Positions 50,050-63,900 of a DNA stretch of 64,000 nucleotides are shown one piece after another (the first letter of the stretch is position 1; every line of letters begins with the position of its first letter). The DNA is from Macrostomum lignano (lineage: Eukaryota). Below the pieces are notes generated by a model, which was not told where the DNA came from, ran no database searches, and saw only the letters and a list, made by a program, of their open reading frames with translations. Location: positions 56,806 to 120,805 of the forward strand of contig NIVC01000216.1 of NCBI GenBank assembly GCA_002269645.1, given 5' to 3'. The position numbers and the translations under genes are program-made.

Positions 50050-50719
50050 CAGATTCTATTAGTTGTAGATTCCTCTCTAACGAGTAGCTCAACGGTTACC
50101 CCGCCAAAGTGCACTTGGCCGACCGAAAAGATGACGAAAAAGCCAGGGCCGCTGCACACCTTGTGTGTGAATACGTTCCTGCGTACGAATCTGTGCTCAG
50201 GGGTCAGCCTCGAGTTTAAGTTCTCCAGGAAAGCATAACAGCTTTTCAATATCCGATTCTCCAGTTTAACTAGAACCTTGCAGAGCCACTCTCTGAGGTG
50301 TCAAAATTTACATCGTCAGCCTGAAGGACGTTCGGGATATTCAAAACAATGATTGTATAGCTGTACTAATTATATTTAGTTTTAGATTAACATTTTTTGG
50401 CCTCCCTTCATTATTTATCAGCCTGATCGCGCCTAACTTCATATCAAGTGTGTGACCAGTTTTTTTTCATGAGAGAATATAAGCTATCTTCCGTCCATCA
50501 GGTCTTGAGCATTCAAATGTATTCTGTATACTCAAATCTCATCTCATAATCGTACACCGATACGTATATTACTCCTAATTGTTTGGTGCGTGTACTCGTA
50601 AGTTTTGTGTGGTATTACAGTTGTAATCAATATCTGCATTGTAAATTGAACAATTTATGACTTTTATACAATTACAAGCTTCAAATACTGTGTACCAGAG
50701 TTGACGTACGCAGCCCCTC

Positions 50720-51305
50720 TCACATGGTGGTTAGGTGGGCGCCCCTGTCTTTTAGGTGGTTAGGTGGGCGCCCCTGTCTCTTAGGTGGTTAGGTGGGCGC
50801 CCCTGTCTCTTAGGTGGTTAGGTGGGAGCCCCTGTCTCTTAGGTGGTTAGGTGGGAGCCCCTGTCTCTTAGGTGGTTAGGTGGGCGCCCCTGTCTCTTAG
50901 GTGGTTAGGTGGGCGCCCCTGTCTTTTAGGTGGTTAGGTGGGCGACCCTGTCTCTTAGGTGGTTAGGTGGGCGCCCCTGTCTCTTAGGTGGTTAGGTGGG
51001 CGCCCCTGTCTCTTAGGTGGTTAGGTGGGCGCCCCTGTCTCTTAGGTGGCTAGGTGGGCGCCCCTGTCTCTTAGGTGGTTAGATGGGCGCCCCTGTCTCT
51101 TAGGTGGTTAGGTGGGAGCCCCTGTCTCTTAGGTGGTTAGGTGGGCGCCCCTGTCTCTTAGGTGGTTAGGTGGGAGCCCCTGTCTCTTAGGTGGGCGCCT
51201 CTGTCTCTTAAGTGGGCGGCCCTGTCTCTTAGGTGGGCGCCCCTGTCCCTTAGGTGGGCGCCCCTGTCTCTTAGGTTGGCGCCCCTGTCTCTTAGGTGGG
51301 CGCCC
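50720..51305. repeat. 29-bp minisatellite TAGGTGGTTAGGTGGGCGCCCCTGTCTCT
   Basis: Direct tandem repeat with shorter 20-bp units at the 3' end. Confidence 0.95.
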
Positions 51306-51474
51306 CTACTCCCGTATTCCAGTCTGGTGGATGCCACGCCCAAGAGGGGACAAAACTTTGAGCTGCTGTCTTTCATCGAGCTGGGTTACCTGGTTTTTGG
51401 CGAAGTGCAATTTTACTGGGGGCGATTGGGAAGGGGGGGGGGCACGGCCCCCTTTTTTGTCTTGTTGACGCGCT

Positions 51475-52610
51475 AGAATGTAATATTCCTGCACGAAAAC
51501 GAGTGCGTCAATGGCAAAAGCACGAGTGCGCGAAGCGCACGAGTGCATTTTGCCATAGACGCACGAGTTTGCGTGTAGGAAAATCATTGTCTTTTGACCA
51601 TAGACAAAGTCATTCCTGCACGGTTTTCGAGAAACGTTAAGAAGAGATGAAAATTGAGTGGAGAGTTTATATAAAAGTGTATAAAGCTTATTGACTATGG
51701 CGTCTGTAATCGAATCGGCTCTGAATCCTCCATAAATTGATTTTCGCTACGCTACGGTGTCTGGATTAAGTGGCGACGAAATGTTTATTGAAAGTGTGTT
51801 CAGCATTGTGTGCGACCTACAGTTGTTACGGAGCTGCATGAAGCTGGCTTTTCTGTCGAAAAAATTGCGAAGGTGACAGGTCACAAGGCGAGCAATTCTT
51901 TATTCTTAGTAAGTTTATTGACACATGGACAAGGAATTTATTAAACACCACCTCTATTCACAGAATAGCGCGTCGGTAGAACGATACATCCGGAGAGGCA
52001 AGAAGAGGGACTCGATCATGGCAGGGATGAGTGATCAGCTGACAGTCGCTCTAGCTGGAACTATGCCGGCACCAAGTTCTACATTGAGCGAAGCTCCTGC
52101 AAGGGCTGTTACAACTACCGACCCGTGCGCCCTGAGCGACGCTCCTACAAGGGCTGTTGCGACTACCGACCCGTGCGGATCAGCGTCAATGTCAACTGTC
52201 AAGAAGTCACTGGTTGTTGAAGAATCGACCACCACACTTGTAGCAGCCCCCACTAAGCGGATGAAGATTTTGGCAAACGGCGAAACGAATGTTGTGCAGT
52301 TTATTTTCGAGTAAATGCCGAGAGGGGTGTGAGTAGGTCTATAGACTCATTAACTGTTTCCCTAGTTCCACTTATTATCCTTTTTGTTCTTCCATATTGT
52401 TATTGATTACATATTCAGTTGCTTCTAAAAAACTGTTAAATCGTGCAGGAATGAAGTCATTCCTGCACGATAAGCTAACGTATGTCAAGTGATTTCTACC
52501 ATAGACACAGACATTCCTGCACGATAATAAATCGAAAAAATCATTCCTGCACGCTGTGGTCAAACGACAATGCTTAGTTTGCAATTCCTCAACTAATCAT
52601 TTATTATAGC
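51475..52610 (+). mobile_element. Crypton-type element remnant with the C-terminal half of a tyrosine recombinase
   Basis: HCVRPTVVTELHEAGFSVEKIAKVTGHK (51804-51887), then an intron, then NSASVERY...VVQFIFE* (51964-52314): the Crypton HxxR...TGH...Y signature. (TC)ATTCCTGCACG repeats at both ends and a GCACGAGTGCGCGAAGCGCACGAGTGC quasi-palindrome. Element boundaries approximate. Confidence 0.75.
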
Positions 52611-53214
52611 TTCCTGGCCAATGTGAGCAAAATTGTCATTACCTGATTAAGCGCTACCATTTTTAACCCACAGTCAGTAAGAATTGTCATTAGTACAACA
52701 GCATTTATAGGCTTAGTCTGATCCTATACATTTTTCACTCGCAGTAATCCATTTTGTCTCATCAGTCAGTCAACAAACAGCAAGAGAAGATTATTGATAA
52801 GTTTTTTTCTACATGCGTGCATTAGCTCTGCGGGTGGTGCTGATACGAGTAACTGACGCTAATGGAAGCAGCTTGTTACACCATTGTGCTCCGTCTCATT
52901 CCGAGAGAAGAAAGAACGTTCCATGATTTTTTTTATAGCTGCCTCACATGACAAAGTTTTTTTAAAGAAAACTAAGATTCCAGACTTTTCAAGCATTTTA
53001 CATACTACTATCTAGCAAAACAAGTAGACAGTTTCGATGCATGAATTGAAATTTAGAAGAAATCAGTCTTGCATTTAGTATCAGAGTCGAGACTTGATTC
53101 CATTGGTTGGTTATTCAGTCGACTGGCGTCTATAAAGCGATGATAGCTCACTCAAACCAAGCTACTCCAAGCCCAGAACGTTTGTGGTCCCAACTCAGTT
53201 AATCAGCTGATAAG

Positions 53215-53973
53215 ATGAAGCTGCTCAGCTTCCTGATTGTCGCTCTGTCGCAGACTCCTCTGATCTGCAGCAGCAAATGCAGAGTTCAGTTCCATGCTGT
53301 CACGGCTCTCAACTGTGTGAGAAGCGAGTTCGTGCGAACTCACCCGGAGGTCACCACCCTCAAGACGTGCTCGATGCTCTGCGCCAATGTCGCGCACTGC
53401 CAGGCGTTCAGCATGTCCGACGGTCCGTGCCAGCTGTTCGTGTTTCACAGGTGCAGCAAGAACGTGAGAGACTGCAGCTGCAATCGCACAGCGCAGCTGT
53501 TTGTGAGGCAGCAGCCGGGACTGCCGATGGGAGCCCTGTGTCCTGCTGGCTACGCTGACGACCTGTGCGGCACCAAGTACAAGTTCATGAGCTGTGCGGG
53601 AAACTGGACCAGGTGCAAGGAGATGTGCGACGCGGAGGCTGGACTCGTCATCATGGCCGAGCTGAGTGATGCAGCGGCGCGAGACAAAGTCGGAAAGCTG
53701 GCGGCCGAGCAACTGGCTGGCGTGGCGGCCGTCAACACAGTTTACGTGGGAGGCTGGCAGCTGCCGGGCAGCTCGGAGCCGTCAGGAGGCTGGCAGTGGG
53801 CCAGCTGCGGTCTCAACATCTCGGCTGCAGTGTGGAGCAGCGGAGAGCCGAACAACTTTGAAGGTGTGGAAGATAGAGCTGGGGTCTACCTTAACGGAGG
53901 CTTGCTTGACCTGCCTACAAACTATGAGTACTCAGGCGGAGGCTACTGCCAGTGCGTGTCACCGTTTGACTGA
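53215..53973 (+). CDS. Secreted PAN/apple + C-type lectin domain protein, 252 aa, intronless
   Basis: Hydrophobic N-terminus, PAN-like C-x3-C-x5-C-x2-F, and a CTLD with VYVGG, WQW and WSSGEPNN (EPN motif). Confidence 0.85.
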   Translation: MKLLSFLIVALSQTPLICSSKCRVQFHAVTALNCVRSEFVRTHPEVTTLKTCSMLCANVAHCQAFSMSDGPCQLFVFHRCSKNVRDCSCNRTAQLFVRQQPGLPMGALCPAGYADDLCGTKYKFMSCAGNWTRCKEMCDAEAGLVIMAELSDAAARDKVGKLAAEQLAGVAAVNTVYVGGWQLPGSSEPSGGWQWASCGLNISAAVWSSGEPNNFEGVEDRAGVYLNGGLLDLPTNYEYSGGGYCQCVSPFD

Positions 53974-54968
53974 GTCGCAAAACATGGCAAAACTGCGAAA
54001 AATATTGCTTGCTTATGATACTCGTAATAATTCTTATTTTTCGTCGAATATTTTTTCGATATTGTTTATTGTCAATTGCAGTAGCAGTTTCTGAGCCTGC
54101 CATACAACAACAGCACCCCGATGTCATAAACTTTTTTTATCTTCTTGCCTAGTCAAGAGGCATCATCTATGCTGGTGGAGTTTAAATTGTGAGAATAATA
54201 AAGCCTTTAATAAAGTTGTAAATTTTTCATGGCCATGTTGCAATAGAAAAGGCAAGCCCGATACTAAACTCTGCACAAGCGGATTGAGCGTTTTAGTGAT
54301 AAAATTTTGCATTCTGTGTATAGGGGAGATTTTACGTGTCGCTCCGACATGGACAAGGCTTGCTACGTTTACGAGGCTACTTGTAATATATTATTCTCTA
54401 AGTCTCTGTTGTTTTGCGTCAAGTATTGTGCTGTTGAATATCTACAGTATACTGGTTTAAGCAAGGACCACTAGAAACACAACGGTAACTTCTAGTGGTT
54501 CTTGTGTTTAGAGGTTTGGGTACTTACCTAGACAGTTCAAGGTTTGGGTAATCAGTAATCACCTAGATAGGTTCATTGGTAAAACAGTTAAGCATTTTAC
54601 AAATCTGGAGTAAGAACGCAAGGCATTGAAGCGGAAACATTTATGCAGTGCAAAAAATTACTTCAACTCCTTAATGACGTTTCGAGGTAGCGTGGCTTGT
54701 GTACTTTTACATGTCTAAATGTACAGGTACATTTATAATGATAGAGTTTTGCGATATTTACTACAAAAAGTTGACACTGTGAGCAAAAGGATGCACACCT
54801 GTGTGCATTGAGATGGTTTTTCAGCAGTTCAGTAATCTAGAACTATTAGCTACTCTACGTGTAGGCAGATGCGATGGCTTACTGTGAGTAGGATGAGTAG
54901 CGTACGAATATTTGAGATCTTCCAATCTCATGATCGGTACTATACAAAAAGAATAGCTTAGCTCTGCA

Positions 54969-57900
54969 TTAAGCCTTTCCCCGCCGCCTGTTTCTAATAT
55001 AGTAATTATAGTAGTCTCCTCGGTCGGCCAGGGTGCCTCTCAGACGGACGAGCAGCTGGCACAGATAGTGATGTCCGCCCGAATGCCGACGGCCGCGTCG
55101 ACCACGCCGACCACGCCTGCTGGCAGTTTGATTGCAGTTGGCCGGCTTGAACCAGCGATTGCGGAAGACAAAAGCGCAGTTGCCGGCTCTGCTGGATCTC
55201 GGCCACCAGGGCTGGTAGGCCGCCGGCTGACCACTGGGCTGAAGCCAGGCTCCGCTGCTGGCTCGGTGTAGCCCTGAGATCAATTGAAAAACCGATTCAT
55301 GGAATTTACTGTTACCGAACTATCGTTAACAAAGAATTTTTTAATAGAAGTAAAAATAGTTTTTAAGAACTACGGATAAATTTTGTTAGTTGAAACCATC
55401 TTCGTTTTCTTATATTTTGTTTATCACTTACTTTATATGCTACTTTCCAAATTATAATATTTTTCAACTATTATATTTGTCAGTTTTCAATAGAATTTTG
55501 CCAAAAATTGATTGTAAAAATTACAAACCGTAAATTCAAAACTCGCAACAATCATAAATGACATTGGCAAGTTTTCCCAGTTTTCGTACCGAAACAAATT
55601 TTTTTCTTTAAAAAAAGAAATTTCTCTGTATGCTAACTTAAACGATTGCTTAAACGATTTTTTCCTATCCACGCAGTTTATTTTTTACTCGGAAATTGGC
55701 CTCCAAAAGTTACACGATCTTTGAGTTTAACGTTCCGTTATACTGCAGTGGTCCTTGGTACTGTGTGCTATTTCAATACTTCAGACATTCAAGCACAGGC
55801 CTCACCAATCCAATAGCGCTTCCGACTGCGCAGATGCTGTTTGATCCAGCGCAGCTCTTTGTAGCTTCGGATTTCGGCCAGTCTGGCGCCAAATTTTGAG
55901 CACTCGGTCCTGGCCTCGCTTCCGGTTAGGCGGTTACGGAAATATTTCACGCAGGAGACGCCTGACATTGCCGTCCAGCCTGTTGGGAAGATTAGAGGAA
56001 GAAAAGAGGAGCTTTTGCCAAAGTGCTCACAACCATTCAGCGAAAATTTATTTATTATGACAGCCCTCAACAATAAGCTTGCCAGCCTCCCAGTTTATGG
56101 GTTCTCCCAGCCGCAATATAATCAACAAGCGGCCGGTACACTCTACTGCTCTCAGCTGCAACCCAGCGCTACAGTATTTACAATTTGCAGTATATTTACA
56201 GTATTTTTTACAATCGGCAGACGATGTATTTTATTGAAACGAACTGGCCAGGTACCAACAAAACACTGGCACTCTCTACCTTATTAGTTTTGTAATTAAG
56301 CCCTATAAAGAAAAAGTGAGAAACGCATAAAGCAGGGGGGAGCCACCACCGCCAACCCCTCAGCGTGCGGCTAATTGCGTGCTATTTGCTTTGTAAGTCT
56401 GTCGCTCTCTTCTGCCCTTCCCGCAGGCTATGCCGATGAACTGAGTATAGTGCTTTTTAACGATGCAATTTGAACCAAAACTGAAAAATTGAATGCCGAA
56501 AAATGAAGCCGAAGACAGGCTTCTTGCTTTTTCAGTTAGTTAGTCGCACTTGCCCCCCGATATAGCGCGCTGCAGTGTGGATTCATGTCGATGCTGTTTA
56601 TTTTACGCTCGTACCAGATGAAATGCCAATTCAAGCATAGTTACTTTCTACACAGAATTTTGTTTACTTATCGCACATCAAGCTATCGCCAGACGCGGAC
56701 ATGCCAAGCTATGAAGCCAAGTTCGGAAGAAGTTTAATTAAGAAAGGTTGATTGGTGGAGAGAGCCTTACCAGCCGGACAAGAGATCGGCTTGTCTCTAT
56801 ACCGCTGCTGGACCTCCGGACTGCCGCCAGTCTGACTCGCTAGCACACTCTCAAGCGTGACCCATAGAGCTCCGTTGCAGATGTACTTTCTCCCACTGCC
56901 GGGATCCGATCGCTGCTCGCCGCTCAGGTAGATTGTGCAGCGTGGAAACTGCATGTGCAAGGTTTACCAATACGATGGTGCTTTAGTAAGTCATCCAAGT
57001 TTACATGAAGACTAAAATAGACTTACCCCTCTGCTATCTTTGTAGTTGCCTCGAAGTTCCTCTTCGTGTAACCGTTTCAGCTCTTCACCCGATGGCACGA
57101 GAACTTCCGACCTTTCAAGTGAGCCACCGTTCGCAGCCACCGTCGGCACCACTGGTCGTTTAACTGGAAGCGGCTTGACTGGTTTGGGCGGCCGCGGCTG
57201 ACCGAGCGGCTCCTGTGGCTGATCGCTGAGCTGTAAAAATAATTAACTCTCTGTGGTTTATTTTAAGGTTTAAAAGAACACATTTTTGGAAATCATTTTT
57301 GGTAAATCAACGCCCACCTGTCTGTTCCTGGCAAAGTACTGCAGGTAGTGTCTGAACAGCGCCATATCATTTGATCTTGACGGCTCAAAACGATCGCTAG
57401 AGATGCCGCAGCCGTCATCCATTCTTTTGCGCCTTCGGCTGTTGGGATTCAGCAGAACCACAACGGTGCTGGAGTTTCTGCCGACCAGACAGTTGCCCGG
57501 CGACACAAGGCTGATGCGCAGCTTGGCGCGCTTGGTGTCGTTGCGTCGTTGGGCAATATGGATTTTGATCTGAGCTGCTCTCTCGCCTATGCGTTCCGAA
57601 TGAAAAATGGAGATGTGTGTGTTTGTTAGACTTCTCTTGCGCAGACCTACGTCATGCCTAGATAGTTGCTTCTCTTAAGGACAGTTTTTTCGGTCCCGGT
57701 CACGACTCATTTAAAGCGAATGTGATTCCGAGTGTGAATTGTAAGTCTGTCCTCTCTTCACTTTGTTGCGCAGGATCATGCATACATATTAGGTCTTTCG
57801 TTGGGAAACTGCAGAAAATTCTAAAGTCTTGTAATTTTGATACATTAATAAAATCGTTTGCGTATAATTCGTATAATTACGAGCTAGTTCCAACTAAAAT

Positions 57901-60900
57901 TAATTCTAAATATTTGTTTTTGAGTACTTTCGTTTCACTTTCCAGCATCTTTACATCATGCAGAAACTAACCCGGATTGAAGTTGAGTATGCTGCCGGAG
58001 ATTAAGGAGAAGTGGGCTCGGTCGTCTGGGCTGCCAGGTGACGTTTCAAAGCGTACGAAAGCAGGCCGATTCAGGGCTCCCTTGCGAAAGACGTCTAGCT
58101 TGAGGGTGCCCGAGCTGAGACAGCGGATCCGATATCGACGCTGTTCGAACCCTACTACTGACCAGGTCAGGTGGACTCGCTTTCTGTCTGACACTTGTCG
58201 GCCATCTCGACCGTTGCTAGCAACAATTTCGAATGCGTCTTCGATCTCATCTGAACTGCGACGGGGATTATTGAAACGGTAGGTCAGACGACCGGAGTTA
58301 ATGTCAGTCTGTGCGAACCCAACAGCACCAGGCAAATCTCCCAGCCAAAGATGCCCGAGGGCTGGCTGGGCGGCGACGCGGAACACCGCCGTTTCTGGCA
58401 CAGCCAGGATTGACCGGTTGTCAAACCGGAAGCCGGCTCCGCTGGCGCTGAATCCTGCTAACTCGCTGGGACATGCCGCGCGCAGAATTGTCACATTACT
58501 GTCGTCACCACTGTTGGAAGGCGATCTAACAACGATGCTAAACGTATGGGTTCGATCGGTCGCCTGTCGCATTACTGCCGGGTCGTTGATTACAAATAGG
58601 AAACTATCTCGACCGCTTGGTGAAACATTGGTGCTTCGATAATCCACCATGCTGGAATTCAAATCGGTTTGGCTGAAGGTGTCGTCAGGTCCGAGGCCGA
58701 CGGATCTGGAGCGCACCAATATGCCATGCTTGGGCAAAGAAATCAAACGGTAGTGCGGTTCTGGACGGGTGGTAACAGCACTGCGCCCGGTCGTCATCAA
58801 TAAATTTTCTGGTCCTATGTTGGCCGCCGAATGAGCCGCGAGAGACAATGGAACCGATTTCAGAAGCCGAGGAGGTGGCACAGATGGAGACAGGGGTAGA
58901 AGTCGAACGAACCAGCTGCTGGAAGCTACTTGGTTGTCCCAAGCAGCATTGAGTTGTATCAAAATGTCAACCGGTTCGCTACAGCAACTAGCATTAAACA
59001 CTATAAGCCCAGTCGCTATGTCTGATGCTAGCAACTCCGTCGTCACAGCCGACGAATTTTGTTCGCCTTTCTTACAGAGCTTCCAGCAACTGCCATTCGG
59101 ACGAATCGCCTGAAGACTGGCTGAAGGAGGCTGCGTACCAAAAACGCGAACCTTGACATCAGTTTCCGCTATGCTGACAGTTGATCCAACCTCTAATTCA
59201 GTCGGGTTCGTTATCAACTGAAGCGGAGAATGTGGACTTGAAGAACTAGGCAGAACTTGAATTTCCAAGCGAGCCAACGAAGCCGAGAATTTTCCATCTT
59301 CTGGGACGAACTGAGCTTGCTCAACAGAAACTCCTGAGTTACCTTCCTCTAAGTTGCCAGTGAGAGGTGGCACATGGACAAACAGTCGGTTGAGTTGCAC
59401 ATCCCGTTGCGTGATTTTCTCGCCGAGCCTAAGCGGTGTCAAATTCAAGCGGGTGTGCCTCGACCAACTCAGCAATGTCGAAGCCACAAGCAGTTGAGCT
59501 CTGCTAGGAAGCTGTACAAGCGATAGTGTCAAGTTATCCTTTGGCGTATCTCGATCTCTAATTAGCAAGTGGCGCTCGGTTACGGGCACTGTCTCTCCTG
59601 GTCTTAGTTGCAGTCTGTCTGTTGGCTCTACTAGCCTAGGCGGTAAATCGTTGGTTGTAATGATGGAGATGCGGCATTTTCGGACTACACGATACACTGG
59701 GTCCCTGGCCTCGATAACAAAGCTATCAGAAAGTGAGGTCACGTCCTGATCCTGCTTATAAACCAGGCTCATGTTTCCTGCAAGTTCGCTCATGGTGAAG
59801 TCACGATTTGCATTCAAAGTCACCTGCTCAGCGGTTTCTGTGCTCAGCCAATGACGGTACAGCGTGCCAATTTCCGGCAGGTCGACGATCTTCAGTTTAA
59901 TATCTTCTTCGGGTTTGTCGGCGTCGCTCACAGACAGAATCAAAGTGTCGAGGATGCGTGTTTCACCTTTTTGAATTGAGAAATCAGACAGGAAAAGACG
60001 CGGTGGCTCATCTGTCACGGGGTAGATAACAACCCTGACGGGCACAGAGGTAGAGTCTCGGCGACCATCAGATGCGCGAATTCCAAATGTGTCATTGGTG
60101 TGCTCAACGCCGCAATGCCGCGTATGAACGAAGAAAACGTGACCGTCTGTTAGCTGCCGTTTGGTGAACTCGAGAACCGTAGTCTCGCTCCCGCTATGGC
60201 TGTAAATTATTTTAGAGCGCAAATTAAGAACCATTGATCAATATGAAAGAAAGGAATACGAGATAAAGTTAATCTTACGGCTGCTTCAATCGGATTTCCC
60301 CGTATCGAGGTGGCTGCGACACAGATAGCTGCAGATCTTCCGCCGGCGTGTCTGGATCAGTCGCTCGGATCAGGTTGCCAGTAAGTACCGAGCGGCCGCC
60401 CTCCGGTACCAGCAGGTGAATGCCCTCGGACACCATGGGTCCCTTGTTGTCCACAGGCAGAATCGATATGTTCAAGCTGTGCGTTAGCCATTCGCCGTTG
60501 TTATATATGTACAGTTGACAAGTGTCCGTCACCGAATCGGGACCGATTTCCCCGCCTGTGTGTTGGTAGACGACCCGGCCAGAGCTGAGATCCTCGTGAC
60601 TAAACTGACTGACGCTGCTAGTCGAAATGGTGCCCCCAGCCAGGGCAATTTCACCGCGGGTTGGACGTGTCCCAACCAGGTAAGCTGTTGGTCCGACGCT
60701 GACGCGACCTTGTACAGCCCTTGGCAGCATTTCAGGCGACAAGCGAACTTGACCACCTTCCGGTACGAGCACCGTGTTGTTGACGAACCCGGCCACAGTT
60801 TCGCTGGTCTCCTCCAGTTGCGGCTGCTCCTGTTCTCGTTGATGCTGAGATGGGGCATTTTGTACTGGCATTGGCTCCAGTGGCTCGCTGACGTTGATGC

Positions 60901-63900
60901 TAATAGTACAGTTTGGACCGAAATTTTTGCCATCAGTTGCTTGCACAGAGAAGGAATCTTGACTCACAGTTGAACCGTTATGTCGATACCTGAGATTGAA
61001 GCAATGGCAAGTTGAGTGCTGCTTAGGAGTTTTGCTTGGATTTTAATTGTTGAGACCGGCATCTGACGGACAAGAAGCAGACAGCTAATTATTTCTGGAT
61101 TTTTATGGTCGGAAAGAAAACAGAAGAGCCAAGCACTTGGTGCAGTGGATCCTAATTTAGCATCACATAGTTACGCAACCACTCAATAAAGGTTTGAGTA
61201 TTTTTATCGCTGCTTGGCATCAAATTCTTAGGTTTGCTCCTTAGCAAGGCGCACATGCTATTTCTGCTGTGAATCGTTTTTTGCCTTCCTCATAATTTAG
61301 TTGCTCGACAGTAGCTGACCCAACTGGGCAAACAGGGTCAGCTTCGCTTAGACTTGAGTCTGCCAGCAGTCCACGCCCCTCCCACGATATTATTTGAGCC
61401 ATACCAGATTGAGCTTGAGTAATTCTGAGTGTGTTTGCGCACCATTGAGTGTGCCTGGCTCAAGTGGTCCCTACTCAAGTGGTCTATAGCGACCGCTTTC
61501 ATATTTTCTTTCCCACTGTCTACAAGCCTCATGAGGCTTGAGGAGACGTACTTGGCTCATGACAGCAGGTGATCTCTTCTGCCACTCGTCTTACCTCGAA
61601 TACTTCATTTTTGGGGCGGGCAATCCGAGAGGCAACTGGAGAATAGCGAAAGAAATATTCAAGCCAATGAAATTCAGCTACTCGGCAAGCAGTGAAAGGA
61701 AAGCGCACGCAAAGGCTTGCAGAATTGCTGGGAAACTACGAGCAGACTCGTAGGAGACGATGAGTTTTTAATTCTATGCTGTTGTTTCGGCATAACGGTC
61801 TCGCTTGAACTAGCATGGTGCGTTTGTTTCGAATTAAGCAATGACTCAATTCCATGTCTTGGTCTTTTATTAAAAATGATCAAACTACCATTAAATTTGT
61901 TTTCAACCATGCACAGTACTTACTGGATGCTGCGTTGTCGAACACGGCCAACATTGAAGCGTTGTCCGACTTTCAACACCGTCCCCTCTTGAACTAGTTG
62001 GCCATAGCGAGGGCCTCTGACCAGTATCAGTTCGAGTCGCTCCGGCCCAGTATCACTGTCCGTCGCAATCAACTGATGCCCATCTAATGAAGTATGACTG
62101 TTTCGTGTTACGGAGGCAACCGCACCAAAGGCGCTGCTGTTGCTACAGATTCGAAGTCTCGGCTTCATATCATCGACCTCTCGAACAAAAAACGACAGCT
62201 TGTGCGGCAGTGCGCGATTCCGATTGAAGTCGAGCGGCTGTAGCAACATTTCAACAGGCCTGCCCGAAGAACCAACGTCTTCTAACGGTGGTACATACCT
62301 CACATAGCCATTGTTAATGTCTTCCTGGCTGAACCAAGTCAGTGTTGCGATCTCCTGAATCTTTGTCGAGGACGAAGACAATCGTCGAGCATCAATCAGA
62401 CGTCCGGCATCTAGGCTAAGGTTGGCTCCGATAGTAGTGAAATGCGGCTGGAGCAGCACCTCGTATCCGATTTGACTTGGCGACAAGCCGACTGTCTCAT
62501 AGTTGAGAATGCTTCTATTGATTCGAAGACCCTCTCGTTGCGTTTCTGGCAGGGAAAGAATCACACGATGACGAATAGACTTATTTTCCAAGGTGGCCTT
62601 GGGCTGAATAACGATTTGTATTACTAATTCAGTTAAATCGGATTGACCGATCTGGCGGATTTTCAATGAATCCATTTCAGTTATTGAATCTCCATGATTA
62701 ACGTAGCAAATTGTTCTGGTGAACAAATCTGCAAGTGTGAACTGCTCGACAGAACCAACTCTTCCCGATTGTGTTGACTTGGTTGTTAGCTCAGACATGA
62801 TAAGACCACCTGCGACTGGCTGTTGTGTAACTCTGTACTGCAGCTGCACCCCATCTGCCAATAGATATTTTAGGACACTCTCATTAATTGCTTCCTCTCC
62901 AATGCAAAGCGTTCCAGATGGCGTCAACCGTATCTTATTCGAGATTTTAGTGAAGACGCAGCGTCCCAGTTTCGAACAACACGGATTGGAAACTGAAAGG
63001 AGACACGGATGCCTCGAAAGACGGCGCGCAATCCGATGCTATCGTGTCTTGGCAAGTTGCCGTTGTGTATATAGGCGATGCGAAACTTCCAGAAGCGAGC
63101 CAGCCTTCTAGAGTTAAAAGAACGCAGTGGCGCGCCGTTTATTGTAAGACGACCGCTGTAGGGATCGCGTTTAACACGAAAACGTACAGTTTCGGACCAG
63201 CTGGCGCTTTGCAGATTGTGCGGTCGGAGCAAAGCAGTTCCGCCTGTACAGACTCGCATGGGGCTCGTGAACAGCTGCAGGCGCCTGTGCTGCACTCTGC
63301 TGACCAGCTGCAGTGTTACTTCAGGACCCACTCGCAACAGGGTGTCAATAGGTCTGAGTCGAAGATGAAATTGAATCCTGTCAGCTGAAGTGACGCCAAG
63401 TACTTGAAGAGCGATATGGCCAGAGCGGAGGTCTGCCAGCTCGAAGCCATCCAGAGGGATGGATCCGGCTCTCTGATATCAACGAGGGTAACGTTAAGAC
63501 CTGTAGATGCAACGACTGTGAACTCCAGTAGCTGCACAACTAGATTAGTGACGTTAGCTAAAACTAAATTTTTCGGCAGAGTGGCTGGCAGACCGCCTGA
63601 GTACGAAATATCAAAATACCGGTGTGAGGAGCGCAAAGTCGGTAAAGGCAGCGAAGCCGCATCCGTGGTTGGTGTCAAACGGATGCTCAGATAGATGTTT
63701 TCATACAGCGTCTCCGATGCGCTGGCACCGAACCGCAGCACTTTCACAGATACCGGCAGATAGTCGAACTCAAGTCCTACTTTGGTGCCGATCCTTTCAT
63801 ATTTGTACGCCGACAGTAGGAACAGGTGACAGTCAAGCCGGAACTCCTGCATCACTTGTTCGCGATCATTCAGCAGCCGACCAGCCAGTGGCCATGCCTG

